DNA of 64,000 nt from Candidatus Iainarchaeum sp. GTDB taxonomy: Archaea > Iainarchaeota > Iainarchaeia > Iainarchaeales > 0-14-0-20-30-16. The notes under the pieces are model-generated. The model was not told the origin of the DNA. It searched no databases and worked only from the letters and a program-made list of their open reading frames with translations. The position numbers and the translations under genes were made by a program. This document shows positions 26,769 through 34,908 of the stretch, in pieces. The stretch's first letter is position 1. Each line of letters opens with the position of its first letter. The stretch is taken from assembly GCA_028710695.1 (NCBI GenBank), contig JAQTTP010000001.1, forward strand, positions 11,833 to 75,832, read 5' to 3'.

Positions 26769-27263
26769 TTAACCAAAGGACTCTAGAATCAGTGAATTCA
26801 ATACTTTGGAAGTGTTTCCATCAACAGAAATAAGCCAATACATGTTTACTAATTTTTCATTGGCAGTTATTGGTTTTGGGCCAGATAGGTCTTTTGTGGA
26901 AATAAGAGAGACATCGTAAACACACAATTTGCTATTTTTGTTTGTTTCTTGCCCAGAATAAAGAGCATTAACTACTGACATATCAAAGCCGAGGGAATTG
27001 GCATCACTTAGTAGAGCCCCTTCGTTCACATTAAAGCTAATCGACTTTAGAACTTCTTCACTTGCATTTGAGTCAAAACCGATATATTCCAAAAGGAAGA
27101 AACTATAGGGTACAAGATAATTTTTGTCTTGGTAGATATCAACATTTAAACAATTAAATTCAGCAGGGGCTTTGCTTCCTCGAGAAATAATCACAAAAAG
27201 AATAATGGCTATTGCGATTAAAACTAGGAAAAAAGATATATATGCTTTATGTTTAAATCCCAT
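26769..27263 (-). CDS. N-terminally anchored hypothetical protein; first gene of the secreted-protein operon
   Basis: About 164 aa with N-terminal KHKAYISFFLVLIAIAIILFVIISRG. Confidence 0.5.
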   Translation of the reverse strand: MGFKHKAYISFFLVLIAIAIILFVIISRGSKAPAEFNCLNVDIYQDKNYLVPYSFFLLEYIGFDSNASEEVLKSISFNVNEGALLSDANSLGFDMSVVNALYSGQETNKNSKLCVYDVSLISTKDLSGPKPITANEKLVNMYWLISVDGNTSKVLNSLILESFG

Positions 27264-27390
27264 CAGACTCACGAAGAAAATAGGAAATATAGCTTTATAT
27301 TTATTTGCTTTCTAAAGTTATATTAACTTATACTAGAGAATTTCTCGGTAGAATTTCATTTTTTGAAAATAAGTTTTTAAGGTGATTAAA

Positions 27391-28140
27391 ATGGGTTTAC
27401 GACCTGCAAGATGTTATAGAGATATCGAAAGATCTTATACAAGAGTAGCTAATAGAGTACAGGCAAAGGATTTCATTGGTGGTGTGCCAAGAACAAGAGT
27501 AAGACAGTTCGTGCTTGGAGACCAGACAAAAGATTTCCCAAAAGTAATACATGTATTTAGTAGCGAGGGGCTACAAATAAGAGACAATGCTTTAGAAGCA
27601 TTTAGGCAGAAGTTAGCTAAAGTTTTAAACGATATTTGCGGTAAAGATAACTTCTTTACAAAGATAAGAATATACCCACATCACGTTCTAAGACAAAACA
27701 AACTAGCAAGTGGTGCTGGTGCTGACCGTTTGTCAAGTGGAATGAAACACGCTTTCGGAAAGCCAATCGGCAGATCCGCGCAAGTAAAAAAAGGGCAGAA
27801 TGTTTTATCAATTGTAGTTAATCCTGAATTTGTAGACAAAATTGTAATCTCATTAAAGACTATTATTAACAAAATTCACTTCAAATATAACATAAAAGTG
27901 GAAGACCATAAAGACAAGATATTAACTGGAAGAAAGAAGTGGACTAGAGAAATCAAGAAGGCGGCATTAGAAACTGAAACTCCTGAAGCAACAGCTACAA
28001 CTAAGGATGCAAAAGTAGATCCTAAGGCTAAAGGCAAAGATGGAAAAGCAGCAGGAAAAGATACAAAAGCTGCTGCTGCACCAGCAAAAGAAGATCCTAA
28101 AGCAAAGGGCAAAGATGCAAAAGGAAAAGGCAAGAAGTAA
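27391..28140 (+). CDS. rpl10e: 50S ribosomal protein L10e (uL16) with long Lys/Ala-rich C-terminal extension
   Basis: Starts MGLRPARCYR after AAGGTGAT SD. The conserved core ends near residue 172. The last ~78 aa form a K/A/D/T-rich tail with DPKAKGKD repeated. Confidence 0.95.
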   Translation: MGLRPARCYRDIERSYTRVANRVQAKDFIGGVPRTRVRQFVLGDQTKDFPKVIHVFSSEGLQIRDNALEAFRQKLAKVLNDICGKDNFFTKIRIYPHHVLRQNKLASGAGADRLSSGMKHAFGKPIGRSAQVKKGQNVLSIVVNPEFVDKIVISLKTIINKIHFKYNIKVEDHKDKILTGRKKWTREIKKAALETETPEATATTKDAKVDPKAKGKDGKAAGKDTKAAAAPAKEDPKAKGKDAKGKGKK

Positions 28141-28176
28141 ATTTCTATAACTTAGAAATTTCTTCGGGCCCTGAAA

Positions 28177-28198
28177 CATTTTGCTTTAAAGCAAAATG
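28177..28198 (+). terminator. perfect 22-nt palindrome/hairpin downstream of rpl10e
   Basis: CATTTTGCTTTAAAGCAAAATG followed by a T-rich tract. Confidence 0.45.
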
Positions 28199-28323
28199 CT
28201 TTCTTAGCAAGAAGTAATTATTCTTCTTTTTTCCTTTTTTTCTATTTTTTACTTTCTTTATAAAAGCAAAAACTTAATATAATTCTCTACATTTATATAT
28301 AAGTTCTTATTAGGGGTGCTTAT

Positions 28324-30609
28324 ATGAATAAAAATATTCTTTGGTTTAAGGAAATACATAAAGACGATATACCTGCAGTTGGTGGGAAAGGCGCAAATCT
28401 GGGAGAAATGGCAAATTCAAACTTTCCAATACCGGGCGGGTTTGTTGTTACTGCTTATGCTTACATAAAAAATTGTGAACAACTAGGCATTTTAGAAAAA
28501 ATCCAAAAGATGGAATCAAGCATAAACGTAGAAGACAGCGAAGAATTAAACAAAAAATCCAAAGAAATTAGAGATTTAATTCTAAAAACAGACATGATAC
28601 AAGAATTAAAAACTGAAATTTCAAAAGCATATGAAAAAATGGGCACAAAAACATATGTTGCTGTTCGTTCCAGCGCTACTGCGGAGGATTTGCCTGGCGC
28701 CAGCTTTGCAGGACAACAAGAAACTTTCCTTAATATTTTTGAAACTAAGAATTTATTAGAGCACGTAAGAAAATGTTGGGCATCCTTGTTTACATCAAGA
28801 GCAATTTATTATAGAAAGAGGCAGGGTTTCGATATTGAAAAGGTTGCAATTGCGGTTGTTGTGCAAAAGATGGCAAACTCAGAAATATCTGGAATTGTAT
28901 TCACTGCAAATCCAATATCAAACAACCTAGATGAATTAGTTGTTGAAGCAGGATATGGCCTAGGAGAGGCAATTGTTTCTGGTTCAATTACCCCGGATAC
29001 TTATCTTTACAACAAAAAAACAAAAAAAATAGTTGAAAAAACAATTGCAACACAAACTTGGAAATACACAAAAAACACCTTAGGAAATAAAAAAGAAATC
29101 GTGCTTCCAAAAGATCAAAAATTACAAAAATTAAGTGATGACAAAATCCTAGAGTTATCAAAAATTTGTGTAAATATTGAAAATCATTACGACAAGCCAA
29201 TGGATATTGAGTGGGCTTTGGAAAAAAATGAATTATATATTGTACAAGCAAGGCCAATAACTACTTTAAAAACAGAAAAAGCAGAGGAATTTGAAACCGA
29301 GGCAAATAAAAAAATATTATTAACTGGGCTGGGAGCATCACCTGGATTTGCGTCAGGAACAGTAAAAATAATTAAGGGTTTATCAGAACTACAGAAAATC
29401 AATAAAGGAGATATAATGGTAACAAAGATGACTACTCCTGACATGGTTCCAGCAATGAAAAGAGCATCCGGAATAATTACTGATGAGGGTGGAATTACCT
29501 GCCACGCAGCAATTGTTTCAAGAGAGCTTGGAATTCCTGCAATAGTTGGTACAGAAAAGGCAACAAAAATATTAAAAGATGAGGAAGTTGTAACTGTGGA
29601 TGCTAGCCACGGCCACGTATATGCGGGAACAGTTTTGCATAAAGAAAGTCCAGAAATTACAACAAAACATGTTGAAAGAAGCGATTTTTTAACTGTAACA
29701 AAAGTAAAAGTGAATGTTGCATTCCCTGAGAGTGCGGAAAGAGCCTCAAAATACAATATTGATGGTGTTGGTTTGCTTAGAGCAGAGCATATGATAACAA
29801 CAAGCGGAATACATCCATTCCACATGGTAAAGCAAGGCAAACAAGACAAATTAAAAGACTTAGTTAAAGAAGGAATAAAAAAAGTTGCACAGAATTTCAA
29901 AAACAAGCCGGTATATTATAGAACATTTGATGCAAGAACTGATGAATTTATAAATTTGAAGGGCGGAGACAAAGAACCAAAGGAAGACAATCCAATGCTT
30001 GGTTGGCACGGAATCAGAAGGGATTTAGATCAGGCAGAGGTATTAAAGGCGCAATTCAAAGCAATAAAAGAACTTTATGATGAGGGCTTCCACAATTTAG
30101 GTATTATGATTCCATTCACAATAAATGTTGAGGAATACAAAAAGGCAAAAGAACTGGCAAAAGAGGTTGGATTAATACCACACAAACATTGTTTCTTTGG
30201 AGTTATGATTGAAACTCCTGCTGCGGCATTAATAATAGATGAATATATTAACGAAAAATTGGATTTTATAAGCTTTGGGACAAACGATTTAACACAGCTT
30301 GTTTTGGGGATTGATAGAAACAATGAAAAAATTCAGACACAATTTTCTGAAAAGCATTTAGCAGTTTTAAAATTGATTGCATATGTGATAAAGAAATGTA
30401 AAGCGAGAGGAGTAAGAACTTCTGTATGTGGACAATCTGCTAGCGACCCTGAAATGGTTAAGTATTTGATTAAATTTGGAATTGACAGCTTGTCAGTAAA
30501 CATAGATGCAATTGACAAGATCAAGGAAACTGTTGAGCTTGAAGAAAAGAAATTAATTCTAGATGCAATAAGGTCTAGAAATATAGATAAAAAGTATGAG
30601 ATTGATTAA
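28324..30609 (+). CDS. ppsA: phosphoenolpyruvate synthase (pyruvate, water dikinase)
   Basis: 761 aa. N-terminal ATP-grasp VGGKGANLGEM, phosphohistidine swivel GGITCHAAIVSRELGIPAIVG, C-terminal PEP-utilising TIM barrel (FISFGTNDLTQ). Confidence 0.95.
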   Translation: MNKNILWFKEIHKDDIPAVGGKGANLGEMANSNFPIPGGFVVTAYAYIKNCEQLGILEKIQKMESSINVEDSEELNKKSKEIRDLILKTDMIQELKTEISKAYEKMGTKTYVAVRSSATAEDLPGASFAGQQETFLNIFETKNLLEHVRKCWASLFTSRAIYYRKRQGFDIEKVAIAVVVQKMANSEISGIVFTANPISNNLDELVVEAGYGLGEAIVSGSITPDTYLYNKKTKKIVEKTIATQTWKYTKNTLGNKKEIVLPKDQKLQKLSDDKILELSKICVNIENHYDKPMDIEWALEKNELYIVQARPITTLKTEKAEEFETEANKKILLTGLGASPGFASGTVKIIKGLSELQKINKGDIMVTKMTTPDMVPAMKRASGIITDEGGITCHAAIVSRELGIPAIVGTEKATKILKDEEVVTVDASHGHVYAGTVLHKESPEITTKHVERSDFLTVTKVKVNVAFPESAERASKYNIDGVGLLRAEHMITTSGIHPFHMVKQGKQDKLKDLVKEGIKKVAQNFKNKPVYYRTFDARTDEFINLKGGDKEPKEDNPMLGWHGIRRDLDQAEVLKAQFKAIKELYDEGFHNLGIMIPFTINVEEYKKAKELAKEVGLIPHKHCFFGVMIETPAAALIIDEYINEKLDFISFGTNDLTQLVLGIDRNNEKIQTQFSEKHLAVLKLIAYVIKKCKARGVRTSVCGQSASDPEMVKYLIKFGIDSLSVNIDAIDKIKETVELEEKKLILDAIRSRNIDKKYEID

Positions 30610-30619
30610 AAGTGATACA

Positions 30620-31549
30620 ATGGAATTAAAATTGAATATTGCCGGATTAGTAGAACAAATAAAAAAACAAAAGAAAGTAAAGAAGGCAATATTACAAGTT
30701 CCAGATGGATTAAAAACTGAGGCACAAAACATAATTGACAAGCTCACTATCGCCACAAAAATTCAGTTTTATTTAGATATAGAACCTGTATATGGGGCTT
30801 GTGATTTAGCAACTAATTTTTCAGAGGCAGTGAACGCAGATTTGATTATTCATTTGGGCCACAGTAAGTTTTGTGAAGCAAGCAAAAAAGTGATCTACTG
30901 GCCAACTTATTATGATATGGCTTCCAAAGATTTAGACGTTCTTGTAAAAAATATAGATGAAAAGTTAAAACAAAAGAAAATCGTTTTTGTTGGACCAATA
31001 CAATATTCAAAGATTATTAAAGAATTAGAAAAACGGGTAAGGCTTGCAAAAGTAATAAAGACAACAAAAACTGGGTTGCTTAACGAAAACCAAATACTTG
31101 GGTGTGATACTTCTATTTTGGATGATATAACTGACAAGGTTGATGCGATTGTTTACATTGGTGACGGAAATTTCCATATTTCTGCATTGGCACAGAAAGT
31201 GCAAATATATCAATTAGAAGATTTAGATATTGTTCCCTATGACCAAAAGGATGAAATAAGGGGCAAAATAATGTCTGAGTACATTTTTAAGAATGCAAAG
31301 AACATTGGGATTTTAGTTACTTCAAAAGTCGGCCAGAACAATTTTTTGGTGGCTGAAAAAATTTACACAAAACTAAAAAAATTAGGAAAAAACCCTTATT
31401 TATTAATTGCAGACTTTATTTCTTATGACAAAATTATGGGCTTAAAGTTGGATTGCATAGTTAATACTGCTTGCCCAAGAATAATTGATGACAAGGAAAA
31501 TTACAAAATGCCCTTAATAAATTACAAAGACATTTTAAAATTCATATAA
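30620..31549 (+). CDS. dph2: diphthamide synthesis enzyme Dph2 (2-(3-amino-3-carboxypropyl)histidine synthase)
   Basis: About 309 aa. ILQVPDGLK, PVYGACD and IIHLGHS segments and three-domain length are typical of archaeal Dph2. AGTGAT SD precedes ATG-30620. Confidence 0.8.
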   Translation: MELKLNIAGLVEQIKKQKKVKKAILQVPDGLKTEAQNIIDKLTIATKIQFYLDIEPVYGACDLATNFSEAVNADLIIHLGHSKFCEASKKVIYWPTYYDMASKDLDVLVKNIDEKLKQKKIVFVGPIQYSKIIKELEKRVRLAKVIKTTKTGLLNENQILGCDTSILDDITDKVDAIVYIGDGNFHISALAQKVQIYQLEDLDIVPYDQKDEIRGKIMSEYIFKNAKNIGILVTSKVGQNNFLVAEKIYTKLKKLGKNPYLLIADFISYDKIMGLKLDCIVNTACPRIIDDKENYKMPLINYKDILKFI

Positions 31550-31558
31550 GTGAACAAG

Positions 31559-32674
31559 ATGTTTTTTCATATTATAACTTCAAATACTTGTAACCTAAAT
31601 TGTAAATATTGTTGTGAAAAAGCATTTGATGAACCCGATACTTTTCCAGAGCCAGTTTGTGAATTAAATAATAAAATAAACTATTCGATACCGCAATTGA
31701 AGAAATTTATTTCTAAGTTTAAAAATAATACAATTACTTTTTATGGCGGGGAACCTCTCCTTAATATTGAACACATAAAAAAAGTAATGGACAATATTAA
31801 AAACATAAGATTTATGATGCAAACAAATGGCTTACTTCTTGACAAATTGCCCCCAGAATATACAAACAAATTTCATACAATTTTAGTTTCTTTGGATGGA
31901 GACAAAAAAACTACAAACAAATATAGGGGCAAAGGCACATATGAAAAAGTAATTCAGAACTTAAAGCTCATTAGAAGGAATGGATTTAAAGGAGAAATAA
32001 TTGCAAGAATGACAATTGAAGAACAAGATATTTACAATTCCGTGCTGCATCTTTTAAACAATAAAGAGTTTCCATTTACAAGTGTGCACTGGCAGCTAGA
32101 TGCTAATTTCTGGTTTAATGATTGGAAGAAAAGAAATTTCAAAAAGCTTTCTGAAAACTACAATAAAAGCATTACAAAGCTCATTGATTTTTGGATTAAA
32201 GAAATGGAACGTAGCAGAAAGGTTGTAAAATTATACCCATTCATTGCAATTATGCACGATATTTTACATAAAAAGACAACAAAACTAAGGTGTGGATCAG
32301 GACATTCAAATTACACAATACAAACAGATGGAAATATAAGTCCCTGTCCAATAATGATGGGAATGAAGAATTACTATTTTGGAAATATAAAACAACTTAA
32401 GCAAGTAGGCAAAGGGTTCCCCATTATAGAAAGATATCAGGATCAGTGCCCTGCTTGTCCTTATTTATCATTGTGTGGCGGGAGATGTATGTACTCTAAT
32501 ATCTTGAATCCTTGGCCAAAAGAGCAAAGGAAATTAGTTTGTGGAACAGTAAAACATTTGATTAAAACCTTACAAAAGAGTGAACCAAAGATAAGAAAAC
32601 TAATTACTACAAAAAAAGTTACTCTAAAAGATTTCAATTTTTTAAGATATAATGGTGCAGAAATTATCCCCTAA
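31559..32674 (+). CDS. radical SAM enzyme with C-terminal SPASM/twitch-like Cys cluster
   Basis: CNLNCKYC (CxxxCxxC) near the N-terminus. C-terminal CGSG...GNISPCP...CPACPYLSLCGGRC. Begins 9 nt after the dph2 stop. Confidence 0.85.
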   Translation: MFFHIITSNTCNLNCKYCCEKAFDEPDTFPEPVCELNNKINYSIPQLKKFISKFKNNTITFYGGEPLLNIEHIKKVMDNIKNIRFMMQTNGLLLDKLPPEYTNKFHTILVSLDGDKKTTNKYRGKGTYEKVIQNLKLIRRNGFKGEIIARMTIEEQDIYNSVLHLLNNKEFPFTSVHWQLDANFWFNDWKKRNFKKLSENYNKSITKLIDFWIKEMERSRKVVKLYPFIAIMHDILHKKTTKLRCGSGHSNYTIQTDGNISPCPIMMGMKNYYFGNIKQLKQVGKGFPIIERYQDQCPACPYLSLCGGRCMYSNILNPWPKEQRKLVCGTVKHLIKTLQKSEPKIRKLITTKKVTLKDFNFLRYNGAEIIP

Positions 32675-33700
32675 TTAAAATATGTATTTTGACTTTCCAG
32701 TGTTGACTACTAATAATTTTGCATCCTTTGGAATCTTATTTTTCATTTGTAAAAGCATCGCAAGTCCAACAAGACCTGATGGCTCTGCAACAATTTTACT
32801 CTTTTCTGCGATGGCGATTGCTTCATCAAGATACTTTTCTTTTAAAATATAAACGTCTGATTTTTTGCCACAATATCCAGCATATCTGTATAATTTAATC
32901 CATTGTTTGTCAAAATGCACAAACGGTAAATAAGGCGAATATAGTTTATCTGCTTTGGAGTTTAAATCATTTGTTGTTACCCCAATAAAATTACAAGACC
33001 TTATTTTTGAAACAGAACCTTTAAAACGTGGATCGTGATTAAGTGTTGACACTTCTTTCTTTACAATATTTAAAACATTTTCATAAAGATTGCCTGTGCC
33101 AAATGGAATAAAGCAATAATCCGGGGTTGAATTTATTATTTCATAACTAAGCCAATCATAAAATCTTGTGGTGGGGTCTAAAGCTTCTGCAGAAGTAACG
33201 TCAAACCCATTTTTGTTTTTTGTTAATTTTAAAATATCTTTAAAACCAAGACATTTTTTACTCAAATCTGTTTTGTAAATTTCGCAACCTAATTTTGCAA
33301 TTATTTTTTCAGTATTTTTGTCTACTGAATTATCAACCAGAACTTTCAAATTTGGGAGGCCATATTTCTTTATTTGTGTTTGTATAGCTATTGCTGCAGA
33401 TCCAGAAGAAATTATTGACATTTGTGGAAGTTTCCCTTTTATTTGGCCTCTCTTTTTTGCAATTAAAATGTCCCTATAAGTAACTATTATTTCCCAAGCC
33501 ATTCTGTCTTTATGTGTGCCAGTGGGATTATAACTTTCATCTTTTAACCAAACATTTGAAAAGCCAGGGATTTCTATTTTGTATGTTGGTGTTGCAGGAA
33601 ATTTAGGATTTTCTGCAGGAAATTCCGGTTTATTTGGATCGTTTTCAGAAGCAATTTTTATTGAATCAAGTATCTTTTTTTCATTGCTATCTAATGGCAT
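32675..33700 (-). CDS. PLP-dependent enzyme, fold type II (threonine synthase/cysteine synthase-like)
   Basis: DESYNPTGTHKDRMA resembles the PLP-lysine motif NPTGSxKDRxA. Length and G-rich loop (SSGSAA) are consistent. Specific activity unknown. Confidence 0.65.
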   Translation of the reverse strand: MPLDSNEKKILDSIKIASENDPNKPEFPAENPKFPATPTYKIEIPGFSNVWLKDESYNPTGTHKDRMAWEIIVTYRDILIAKKRGQIKGKLPQMSIISSGSAAIAIQTQIKKYGLPNLKVLVDNSVDKNTEKIIAKLGCEIYKTDLSKKCLGFKDILKLTKNKNGFDVTSAEALDPTTRFYDWLSYEIINSTPDYCFIPFGTGNLYENVLNIVKKEVSTLNHDPRFKGSVSKIRSCNFIGVTTNDLNSKADKLYSPYLPFVHFDKQWIKLYRYAGYCGKKSDVYILKEKYLDEAIAIAEKSKIVAEPSGLVGLAMLLQMKNKIPKDAKLLVVNTGKSKYIF

Positions 33701-33708
33701 CTAAACAC

Positions 33709-34359
33709 CTATTTTATTTCTGTACATTTTCCTTTACTGTTATGTATAAGATTTGATAGATTTTCAAGATTGTTTGAACAAATTATGGTTTTTATTCCAC
33801 TCCGCTTTATCATTAAGAGCGAAAAAATATCTAAGAAAACGTGTGTTCCTGCTTTTCTTTTGTCCGCAAGAGATGCGATTTCTATTGCATGATCTATCTT
33901 TACTGACTTTAAGAATTGTGCATCTTTGTATTTTTTGGGGTCTTTAGTAAAAATGCCATCTACATTTGTAATATTAAAAAATGGTGCCCCAAACTTTTCT
34001 GCTAAAAGCACAGCAACAGAGTCTGTAGTCAATCCAGGAAATACCCCACTTGTAACAAAAGATTCTGGCAAATTTTCTATTGCGTCCATATCCATTTTGA
34101 TACAAGGAAGTCCAATAATGTTTGATAAGTATTGTGCATTTTCATATGCTGATTTAATTCCGATAACATCATTTTCAAAATTGTTTTTTGTTCCTGATTT
34201 TGATATTCTATCTCGCGCTTTTTTGCCGCCACCAACTACAATTATTTTTCTGCCTTCAATATTTTTTAGAAAATGACGAAACTGAATAATGTATTCATTA
34301 TTGTATTCCCCAGTTTCATTTAAAATTACAGATCCGCCCAAAGAAAACACATAAACCAT
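33709..34359 (-). CDS. pyrH: amino-acid-kinase-fold protein, archaeal UMP kinase-like
   Basis: 216 aa. VFSLGGSV, IIVVGGGKKAR, PGLTTDSVAVLLAE, ITNVDGIFTKDPKK and GIKTIIC match the archaeal PyrH layout. Confidence 0.65.
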   Translation of the reverse strand: MVYVFSLGGSVILNETGEYNNEYIIQFRHFLKNIEGRKIIVVGGGKKARDRISKSGTKNNFENDVIGIKSAYENAQYLSNIIGLPCIKMDMDAIENLPESFVTSGVFPGLTTDSVAVLLAEKFGAPFFNITNVDGIFTKDPKKYKDAQFLKSVKIDHAIEIASLADKRKAGTHVFLDIFSLLMIKRSGIKTIICSNNLENLSNLIHNSKGKCTEIK

Positions 34360-34371
34360 ATTATCACTGCC

Positions 34372-34833
34372 TTAGTTTAATATGAATATACTTATATTTA
34401 AAATTGTTGCAAAAATAATCCAAGCAAAATATGGACTTAGAAGGTATGTTGCTGTTTTGCTTACTTTGTAAAAATAAATCATATTTACTAACACCGCAAT
34501 GTCTAAAATAATTATTTCAATAAGGCCTAAAAGCGGAGACTTCAATGTAAAGAAAAAGAAACTCCAAAGAACATTAAGAACAAGCTGTACAGAGAAAATC
34601 ATTAGCAATTTCTTGTAATGGACGCTGTTTTTCACCAAAATTATGTATAAAGAAATTCCCATTAATATGTACAAGATTGTCCAAACTATAGGAAAGATTA
34701 TGCTTGCAGGAGTAAAACTTGGCTTGATTATAGTTGGATACCAGGTATTTATTGAAACAGAGTTCAAAACACTACCTAAATATCCTGCAAATAGGCACAA
34801 AATCAAGCTAAATGATAGCTTCCTATAGTCCAT
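34372..34833 (-). CDS. tspO: TspO/MBR family tryptophan-rich membrane protein
   Basis: 153 aa, 5 TM helices. NTWYPTIIKPSFTPASIIFPIVWTILYILMG matches the TspO signature. Confidence 0.8.
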   Translation of the reverse strand: MDYRKLSFSLILCLFAGYLGSVLNSVSINTWYPTIIKPSFTPASIIFPIVWTILYILMGISLYIILVKNSVHYKKLLMIFSVQLVLNVLWSFFFFTLKSPLLGLIEIIILDIAVLVNMIYFYKVSKTATYLLSPYFAWIIFATILNISIFILN

Positions 34834-34908
34834 ATCATCACTCTATAAGGGTATAAAAAGATTTCTACTTCATATAAGATATACTTAAAATATTTATATA
34901 GTGATAGT

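Noticed and set aside
26769-27263. Class III (type IV pilin-like) signal peptide at MGFKHKA/YISFFLV...
   Set aside because: The K-A junction followed by Y fits the archaeal prepilin pattern only loosely. No prepilin peptidase, PilB-type or PilC-type genes are nearby. I leave it as a generic N-terminal anchor.
29187-29906. 239-aa antisense ORF inside ppsA. Similar long antisense ORFs occur at 34803..35369, 52903..53541, 60060..60584, 61478..61939 and 10320..10748.
   Set aside because: Each lies opposite a gene with strong family motifs and has a low-complexity S/F/L-rich translation typical of the reverse frame in AT-rich coding DNA.
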